64,000 bases of DNA, from contig CBDCSI010000002.1 of assembly GCA_965221505.1 (NCBI GenBank), positions 522,052 to 586,051 on the forward strand, in the 5' to 3' direction. The first letter of the stretch is position 1. Each line of letters begins with the position of its first letter. Under the pieces are notes generated by a model. The model searched no databases, was not told the DNA's origin, and worked only from the letters and a program-made list of their open reading frames with translations. The position numbers and the translations under genes were made by a program. Source of the stretch: Rhodobacterales bacterium (GTDB lineage Bacteria; Pseudomonadota; Alphaproteobacteria; Rhodobacterales; CAZPXZ01). Of this stretch, positions 56,212 through 64,000 are shown in pieces.

Positions 56212-57161
56212 CAATCGAGCCGGACGCGCGGGTCGACCAGCGCGACCAGCAGATCCGCGATCAGGATCACCAGCGCGACGCCGAGGGAGAGGAACAGCAC
56301 GGTGCCCTGGATGATCGGGTAGTCGCGATTCTCGATCGCGCTGAGGACCAGCCGCCCCAGTCCCGGAATTGCGAAGACTTCCTCCAGGATCACCGCGCCG
56401 CTGACCAGGAAGGCGGACCAGATCCCGATCGCGGTAATGATCGGAATCAACGCGCTCTTGAACGCGTGGACGAAGACGACGACCCGCTCCGACATCCCCT
56501 TCGCGCGCGCCGTGCGCACGTAATCCTCCTCCAGCACTTCGAGGACGGAGGACCGGGTGTACCGCAGAATGACGGCGCCGATGCCGAGGCCCAGCGCGAG
56601 CGCCGGCCAGAACATCCGCGAGAGGCTCTCCAGGGGGTCTTCCAGCAGGGGAACGTATCCGAGCGTCTGGGTCTTCGGGAAGTAGATCGCGCCGAGCACG
56701 ACGATGAGGGTGCCGGAGAAGAAACTCGGCGTGGAAATCCCGAGCAGCGCGAACACTCGTGCCACCAGGTCGACCGCGGTTCCCTGGCGCACGGCGCTGA
56801 GCACGCCCAGCGGCACGCCGACGAGGATCGCGATCCCCATGGACATGACGCCGAGCTGGAAGGTGATCGGAAACCGGGACAGGATCTGCTCCATCACCGG
56901 CCGGCCGTGAATGAACGAGAACCCGAAATCCCCCTGGACGATCCGGCCCAGCCACCAGACGTATTGTTCGAGCAGCGGACGGTCGAGACCGAGTTCGCGC
57001 AGCACCCGGAGCCTGGTCTCCTCGTTGTTGGCGGCGGTGACCCCCATCATCTGGGTCACGATGTCGCCGGGAATGATGCGGATGAGGGCGAAGGTCAGAA
57101 AGGTGACCCCGAGCACGACGGGGATCAGAAGCAGAAGCCGCCGCAGAACGTACCGGCTCAT
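56211..57161 (-). CDS. Peptide/nickel-type ABC transporter permease (DppB/OppB-like)
   Basis: MSRYVLRRLLLLIPVVLGVTFLTFALIRIIPGD is the canonical family N-terminus. Confidence 0.88.
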   Translation of the reverse strand: MSRYVLRRLLLLIPVVLGVTFLTFALIRIIPGDIVTQMMGVTAANNEETRLRVLRELGLDRPLLEQYVWWLGRIVQGDFGFSFIHGRPVMEQILSRFPITFQLGVMSMGIAILVGVPLGVLSAVRQGTAVDLVARVFALLGISTPSFFSGTLIVVLGAIYFPKTQTLGYVPLLEDPLESLSRMFWPALALGLGIGAVILRYTRSSVLEVLEEDYVRTARAKGMSERVVVFVHAFKSALIPIITAIGIWSAFLVSGAVILEEVFAIPGLGRLVLSAIENRDYPIIQGTVLFLSLGVALVILIADLLVALVDPRVRLD

Positions 57162-57382
57162 CGGACCGGACCCTGCCCTACGGCGTCACGGGCGGGGACG
57201 CGAAGCGCGGCACGATTCCGTGCGGTCCCCGGATTGCGGCCGATCCCGTGCCGGGCAGTCTCCGGAGATCGACCCGCAAGGGTGCGGCGGAGCCGGGGCC
57301 GGCCCGCCGCACCCGATTCGCGCGCGCGGCGCACGGGCCGCGCGTTCAGCGGCGCATGCCGCGCCGGCTCAGCCGATCCGGG

Positions 57383-58945
57383 TCACGAATCGCCGAGCCA
57401 CAGATAGCGGACATGGTCGTAGGTGCCGCTCGGCATCGACTGGTAGTCGTTGACGTAATCCCGGACGTATTGCCAGTTCACCGGCTTGGTGTACGGATAG
57501 AGCATGTAGACCTGGTCCGCCACTAGATTCTGGACCGCCTTGTAGATCTCGATCCGCTTCTCGAGGTCCAGCTCGACTTTCCCCGCGTCCAGGAGAGCGT
57601 CCAGTTCCGCGTCCGCAAACTTGCCGAGATTGATCGGCGAGGTCGAGTAGTAGATCTGGTAGACGTCCGAATGCGGGTCCGGTTGCCAGACCAGCGACAC
57701 GATCGACAGCTGGTGTTTCACGTTGATGTAGTTGTCCAGCTGCTGGTTGAAATCGGGAATTCGCTCGATCGTGAGGTCGATCCCGATTCGCGCCCACTGC
57801 TCCTGCAGGATCTCCGCCGTCTGGACGTCCAGCGGCAGGTTCACCTGCATCGTCAGTTCCAGCCCGTCCGTGTAGCCGGCTTCGGCGAGAAGCGCCTTCG
57901 CCCCTTCCGGGTCGTATTCGTGATACGGCAGCGGCGGGTCCGAATCCGCACACCAGCCGTAGGGCACCTTGCCGCAGGAGATCTTCGTTCCGACTTCGCC
58001 GAACCCGAAGAGCACCGTGTCGATCACCTCCTGGCGGTCGGTGCCGAGGCTGAGCGCCCGCCGCACCCGCAGGTCGGCCGTGGGCCCTTCGGCGGTGTTG
58101 ATGCCGAGTCCGGACTCGTTCACCGCCCCGGCCGGCTCGATCAGCCGGGCGCCCTCTACGTCGCGCAGCACCGGTATGAATTTCGGATCCCGCAGAATGA
58201 CGATGTCGGCGTTGCCCTGCCGGAAGGCCGAGATCTGGGTCTGCGGATCCGGAATCAGGTCGAACACGACGGTTTCCACGCAGGGATATCCCTCTTCCCA
58301 GTAGTTCGGGTTCGCCTGCAGCCGCACGTGGGAGTCCGGCACGTACTCGTCGAGCATGAAGGCGCCGGTGCCGGACGCGTTCTCGTTCAGGTTGTTCTCC
58401 GGCGTGAAGTCGTAGGGAACGATCGCCGTGTACCAGGCCGTGGAAACGACGCTGAGAATGGGCGCGAAGGGCGAGTCGAAATCCATCCGCACGGAGTGGC
58501 TCCCGGTCGCCTCGATCGACTGGATCGATCCCAGCTGGTTCGCCCATGGAGACCCGAAGTCGGGATCCAGGAGCCGCTCGAAGGTGTACACCACGTCCCT
58601 CGCTTCGAACTCGCGCCCGTGATGGAACGCGACGCCGCGCCGCAACTCGAAGGAGATCGAGAGATTGTCTTCCGAGACCTCGTAGGCGGTCGCCAGTCCC
58701 GGATTCAGGTTGCCGTCCCGGTCCAGGATCAGGAGCGTGTCGTAGATCAGCCCGAAGATCAGGCTCGGCGCGTATTGTGCGTTCGCGCCGGGGGTCAGGT
58801 CCGCGGGTTCGGGATCGAAGGGAATCGTGAAGGTCCCGCCCCGTACGGGACAGGCCTCGTCCGCTTGCGCCGGCGCCGCAGCCAGTCCCGCCGCCGCGAG
58901 GACGGCGAGCGCGACGGCCGTGCCGGTTCGTCTGAGATCGTTCAT
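57383..58945 (-). CDS. Family-5 (peptide/nickel) ABC substrate-binding protein
   Basis: Signal peptide ...LAVLAAAGLAAAPAQA. Length 520 aa and SBP_bac_5-like sequence. Confidence 0.85.
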   Translation of the reverse strand: MNDLRRTGTAVALAVLAAAGLAAAPAQADEACPVRGGTFTIPFDPEPADLTPGANAQYAPSLIFGLIYDTLLILDRDGNLNPGLATAYEVSEDNLSISFELRRGVAFHHGREFEARDVVYTFERLLDPDFGSPWANQLGSIQSIEATGSHSVRMDFDSPFAPILSVVSTAWYTAIVPYDFTPENNLNENASGTGAFMLDEYVPDSHVRLQANPNYWEEGYPCVETVVFDLIPDPQTQISAFRQGNADIVILRDPKFIPVLRDVEGARLIEPAGAVNESGLGINTAEGPTADLRVRRALSLGTDRQEVIDTVLFGFGEVGTKISCGKVPYGWCADSDPPLPYHEYDPEGAKALLAEAGYTDGLELTMQVNLPLDVQTAEILQEQWARIGIDLTIERIPDFNQQLDNYINVKHQLSIVSLVWQPDPHSDVYQIYYSTSPINLGKFADAELDALLDAGKVELDLEKRIEIYKAVQNLVADQVYMLYPYTKPVNWQYVRDYVNDYQSMPSGTYDHVRYLWLGDS

Positions 58946-59173
58946 CGGGCTTCCTCCGCTTGTAGTCGTCGTTCGTTCGATGCAGCTCCGTTGCCGCTAC
59001 AATCGACGCAGATTATGCCTCATGGTATCGGTTGCGGCCCCAAGCCGCCAAACAGTCCCTCGGCGGTTCCGCCCGAACTGCGGTTCAGGCGCCCGGCGGC
59101 TCCCGACGCGGTGCAGGACCGACCGGGCCGGCGCCAGGGAACGGCCTGACGCCGACGCTCCGACGGACGGCCG

Positions 59174-60187
59174 ATGGATCCGATCCTTTCCGTGCGAAAC
59201 CTTACGGTCCGCTTCGAGACCGAGGAGGGTCCGAGCGTCGCGGTAAACGAGCTTTCCTACGACCTGCGCGAGGGCGAAATCCTCGGCGTCGTCGGCGAGA
59301 GCGGCAGCGGCAAGAGCGTGCATGCGCTCTCGATCATGCGGCTGGTCTCGCCGCCGAACGGCCGGATTGCGGGCGGAGAGATCCGCTATCTCGGACAGGA
59401 CCTGCTCACGCTTTCCGAACGCCAGATGCGGGACGTCCGGGGCCGGGAGATCGCCATGATCTTCCAGGATCCGGGCTCCTCCCTCCATCCGGTCTTTTCG
59501 GTCGGCTTCCAGATTCGCGAAGCGCTGCACCGGCATCAGGACCTTCGCGGCGCCGCCGCGGAACGCCGCGCGGCCGAGCTTCTGGACCGGGTCGGCATCG
59601 CGGACGCCGCGGAGCGCCTTCGCGCCTATCCGCACGAACTCTCGGGCGGCATGCGGCAGCGGGTCATGATCGCCATGGCGCTCGCCGGCAACCCCCGGGT
59701 GATCGTCGCCGACGAGCCGACCACGGCGCTCGACGTCACCCTCCAGGCCCAGATCGTCGACCTGATCCGGCGGCTGCACCGCGAGCTGGGGCTGACCGTG
59801 ATCTGGATCTCCCACGATCTCGGCGTCGTCGCCGGTCTCGCGGAAACCGTGAACGTCATGTACGCCGGCCACCTGATGGAACGCGGGCCGGTTGCGAACA
59901 TCTTCCGCCGTCCGCGACACCCCTACACCCGCGGCCTGCTCGCGTCGATCCCGCGCGCCGACCGGAAGCCGGGAGATCGACTGAACCCCATTCCCGGACG
60001 CCCGCCCGATCTCGCGCAGTTGGGACCCGGCTGCCCCTTCGCGCCGCGTTGCGAGCGGGCCGTGGCGCGCTGCGCGGCGGAGACGCCCCCGCTCGAGACG
60101 ACCGGGAGCGCCGCACACCGGGTCCGCTGCTGGCGGTGGCGGGATCTCGAATCGCGTCGAGAGGAAGCCGGGGCGATCCATGCCTGA
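59174..60187 (+). CDS. Peptide ABC transporter ATP-binding protein (DppD/OppD-like)
   Basis: [17 protein letters not shown] and a C-terminal oligopeptide-type extension with a Cys motif (CPFAPRC). Confidence 0.88.
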   Translation: MDPILSVRNLTVRFETEEGPSVAVNELSYDLREGEILGVVGESGSGKSVHALSIMRLVSPPNGRIAGGEIRYLGQDLLTLSERQMRDVRGREIAMIFQDPGSSLHPVFSVGFQIREALHRHQDLRGAAAERRAAELLDRVGIADAAERLRAYPHELSGGMRQRVMIAMALAGNPRVIVADEPTTALDVTLQAQIVDLIRRLHRELGLTVIWISHDLGVVAGLAETVNVMYAGHLMERGPVANIFRRPRHPYTRGLLASIPRADRKPGDRLNPIPGRPPDLAQLGPGCPFAPRCERAVARCAAETPPLETTGSAAHRVRCWRWRDLESRREEAGAIHA

Positions 60188-61172
60188 TTCGGCGAGGCTG
60201 CTGGACGTCCGCGGCCTTCGGAAGCACTTTCCGATCCGGCGCGGATTCCTGCTTCCGCAAAAGGTCGGCACCGTCAAGGCGGTCGACGGCGTGAGCTTTC
60301 ATATCGACGAAGGCGAGACCCTGGCGCTGGTGGGGGAGAGCGGCAGCGGCAAGAGCACCGTCGGACGCACCCTGCTCAGACTCGTCGAGCCGACGAGCGG
60401 AGAGATCGCGCTCGAAGGCGCCGACTTCCGCCGTCTCGAGGGCGGCGCGCTGCGCCGTGCGCGGCAGCGCATCCAGATGATCTTTCAGGATCCCTACGCC
60501 TCGATCAATCCGCGCCTTTCCGTCCGCCGCGTCGTCGGCGAGCCGCTGGAGATCGCCGGGGAGCTGAGCCGCGCGGAAATCGACCGACGCGCGGGAGAGC
60601 TTCTCGAACGGGTCGGTCTCGACGCGCGCATGGGCGACCGGTATCCGCACGAGTTCTCCGGCGGGCAGCGGCAGCGCGTCTGCATCGCCCGCGCCCTCGC
60701 GCTCAATCCGCGCCTGATCGTCTGCGACGAGGTGGTCGCCTCGCTCGACGTGTCGATCCAGGCCCAGATCCTCAACTTGCTCAAGGAGTTGCAGGAGAAG
60801 TTCCGCTACGCCTATCTCTTCGTCTCCCACGATCTCGGCGTCGTGCGCCATGTGAGCGACCGCGTGGCAGTCCTGTATCTCGGCAAGCTGATGGAGATCG
60901 CGGAGGCGGACAGAATCTTCGCGGAACCCCTGCACCCGTATACGGACGCGCTGCTCTCGGCGATTCCGGTTCCGGACCCGGAAGCGGAAGCGAGCCGCCG
61001 GCAGATACTCCTCGAGGGCGATGTCCCCAGCGCCGCACGGCCGCCCTCGGGATGCGTGTTTCGGACCCGCTGCCCGAGGGCGCTGCCGAAGTGCGCCGAG
61101 ACCGTTCCGGAATTCCGCGAGGTGCGGCCGGGGCATTTCGCCGCCTGCCACCGGATCGGCGAGAGCGCCTGA
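60180..61172 (+). CDS. Peptide ABC transporter ATP-binding protein (DppF/OppF-like)
   Basis: [18 protein letters not shown] and C-terminal GCVFRTRCP. Confidence 0.88.
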   Translation: MPDSARLLDVRGLRKHFPIRRGFLLPQKVGTVKAVDGVSFHIDEGETLALVGESGSGKSTVGRTLLRLVEPTSGEIALEGADFRRLEGGALRRARQRIQMIFQDPYASINPRLSVRRVVGEPLEIAGELSRAEIDRRAGELLERVGLDARMGDRYPHEFSGGQRQRVCIARALALNPRLIVCDEVVASLDVSIQAQILNLLKELQEKFRYAYLFVSHDLGVVRHVSDRVAVLYLGKLMEIAEADRIFAEPLHPYTDALLSAIPVPDPEAEASRRQILLEGDVPSAARPPSGCVFRTRCPRALPKCAETVPEFREVRPGHFAACHRIGESA

Positions 61173-61244
61173 CCGACCCGCGGGGACGACTCCCCCTTGC
61201 CCCCTGACTCCGAAACAGGACGGTCGAACGATCCGGCCTGAAGG

Positions 61245-62260
61245 TCAGGCGCGTAGCCCTGCGTCTCCGACCCCGGCCAGCATCTCGACCCGGTCCGGAT
61301 CGGCGCGCGCGAGCCGACGCTCCGGGCGGCCCGACAGCATGGCCCGAAGATCGTCGCAGACCATCTCTCCGATCAGCCGCCGGCCGTCCCGAACCGCCGC
61401 CGCCCGGTGCGGAGAGAGGACGACGTTGTGCGTCGCCCGGAGCGGGTGGTCTTCCGCCAGCGGTTCGCCCGGAAAGACGTCGATCGCAAACCGCAGCCGT
61501 CCGCTCGCCGCTTCCGCTTCCAGCGCATCGAAATCCACCAGATGGGCCCGGCTCAGCAGCACCACCAGCGTGTGGTCCGCCATGCCCGCAAACGTGTCGG
61601 CGCCGACCTGACCGGCATTCCCGGTCGTCGGAGCGGCGGTCACGAAGACGCAACGCGCCCAGCCGGCGAGCTCGTCGAGCCCGCACAACTCCGCGCCGTG
61701 CGACTGCGCCAGCGCTTCGCTCACCCAAGGGTCGTAGGCCCGAACGGTAGCCCGGAACGGGACCAGCAGACGGACGAGTTCCCGAGCGATCTGGCCGAAT
61801 CCGACGAAGCCGACCCGGGCGCCGAACAGCGAGAAATCCTCCGGAGCGCAGTCGTCCAGCCAGCGCTCCTCGCCGGCGCGGAACGACTCGTGTTCCCGGA
61901 CCAGCCCGCGTGCGCCGGCCAGCGCCATGGCCAGGCCCATTTCGGCCACCGTCGAGCGAAACCCGGGAGCGCAGGAGAGAACCTCGACCGAACGCGCCCG
62001 GCAGGCTTCGTAGTCGATCGTGTCAGGAAAGTTGCCGGCGACCTCGATCACGGCCTGAAGCCTCGCAGCCCTCTCCAGAATCCCGGCGTCGACCCGCGGC
62101 GCACCCGAAATCAGCACGGAGGCCCGAGGCAGGGCCTCCTCGAACACGGGGGGCGGAATCGGTTCGTCCATCCCCCAGACGACGTCGAACGCGCCGTGGA
62201 GGAATTCCAGGTTCGCTGCAGAGAAGAGTTCCGGGACTTGCCGCCAGTGCGGGTCGAGGA

Positions 62261-62279
<19 letters not shown>
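61245..62279 (-). CDS. D-isomer-specific 2-hydroxyacid dehydrogenase family protein
   Basis: NAD motif VGFVGFGQIAREL and a C-terminal HRAA region. Length 344 aa. Confidence 0.82.
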
Positions 62280-63346
<1,067 letters not shown>

Positions 63347-64000
63347 TCATCCCTCCAGCGTCAGGGTGCCGTCGGCGCGCCGGTAGACCGGGGCCGGATC
63401 CATGATGTAGCCGCCGAACCGGTCAGGCTCCCCGTCCCTGAACCCGAGGATCTTGAGGCCGTCATGGTCGACGATTCGTGCGGCGTATCGCTCCGCTTCC
63501 GTATCGAGCGCACCGCCCTCGGCCAGGCGCCACGGGCCCCGAGGGTGGCCGGCGACGAGATAATGCGCACCGCGGCCGAACGAGGTCCGCCGCGAGCGGG
63601 CCTGGTGCCGCGGAGACATCGAGAACAGGCAGTACCAGGTGCCGCCGGACTCGAACACCTGCGGAACCTCCAGCTCGCCCCAGCCGCCGACGAATTGCGG
63701 CGGCCGAAGCGCCCACGTCTCCAGGTCCGGCGAGACGGCAAATCCGATACAGCCCGCGTCGTTGACGTCCTCCCGGTCCGGGACCCTCGCCGTGAAATAC
63801 ATCAGCCAGCCGTCGCCGCCGGGTTCTCTCATCACCCAGGGGTCGCGCATCGCACGGTCGTGCCAGCGTCCGTTCCATTCCGCTTCGTAGCGCTCGGCGA
63901 ACTCGCCGGTCAGGTCCAGGCAGAGCCCGTCGCCGACCCGCGCCCAACTGCGAAGGTCGCGGCTGACCGCGTGTCCGATTCGCTGGATCTTGCCGTCCTC
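63347..64000 (-). CDS. GH32/GH68-clan glycoside hydrolase-like protein (beta-fructofuranosidase-like); N-terminus runs off the right edge
   Basis: RDPWV motif and an ELEVPQVF (EC/EV-P-like) region. The frame stays open upstream of the track's Met to position 64000. Confidence 0.55.
   Translation of the reverse strand, partial: EDGKIQRIGHAVSRDLRSWARVGDGLCLDLTGEFAERYEAEWNGRWHDRAMRDPWVMREPGGDGWLMYFTARVPDREDVNDAGCIGFAVSPDLETWALRPPQFVGGWGELEVPQVFESGGTWYCLFSMSPRHQARSRRTSFGRGAHYLVAGHPRGPWRLAEGGALDTEAERYAARIVDHDGLKILGFRDGEPDRFGGYIMDPAPVYRRADGTLTLEG

Overview
High-GC bacterial chromosome segment; the gene content looks alphaproteobacterial, but that is inference. It is mostly core metabolism. Recognisable genes are putA (partial), parC, glcDEF glycolate oxidase beside a hydroxyaspartate-type PLP enzyme pair, a smoS-mtlK-fructokinase polyol locus, pgm, pgi, four ABC importers, codA, C-N hydrolases, and a partial GH32-like gene at the right edge. 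Four stretches look lower in GC by eye and appear horizontally acquired and partly decayed. (1) About 13.6-21.9 kb holds an orphan NHLP-type RiPP precursor, an RHH antitoxin remnant, a frameshifted P4-like integrase remnant, an AbiL-like AAA ATPase with a truncated partner, and a type II C5-methyltransferase/endonuclease pair. (2) About 25.2-27.0 kb holds a VapBC module plus an unknown ORF. (3) About 36.2-38.8 kb holds small unknown genes and toxin-antitoxin remnants. (4) About 44.8-49.2 kb holds a gene split by one in-frame TAA, a class II Fic protein, and an XRE-ImmA protein with an HGxxH motif. I recognised no rRNA, tRNA, CRISPR array or intact transposase. Many long Arg/Pro/Gly-rich ORFs in the track are antisense or out-of-frame shadows of real genes and are not reported. 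The strongest lead is the 89-aa NHLP-leader precursor (14299-14568, minus strand; core ECGSCYVCICR), which has no maturation or export genes anywhere in the window. All family assignments come from motif recognition by eye; no searches were run.
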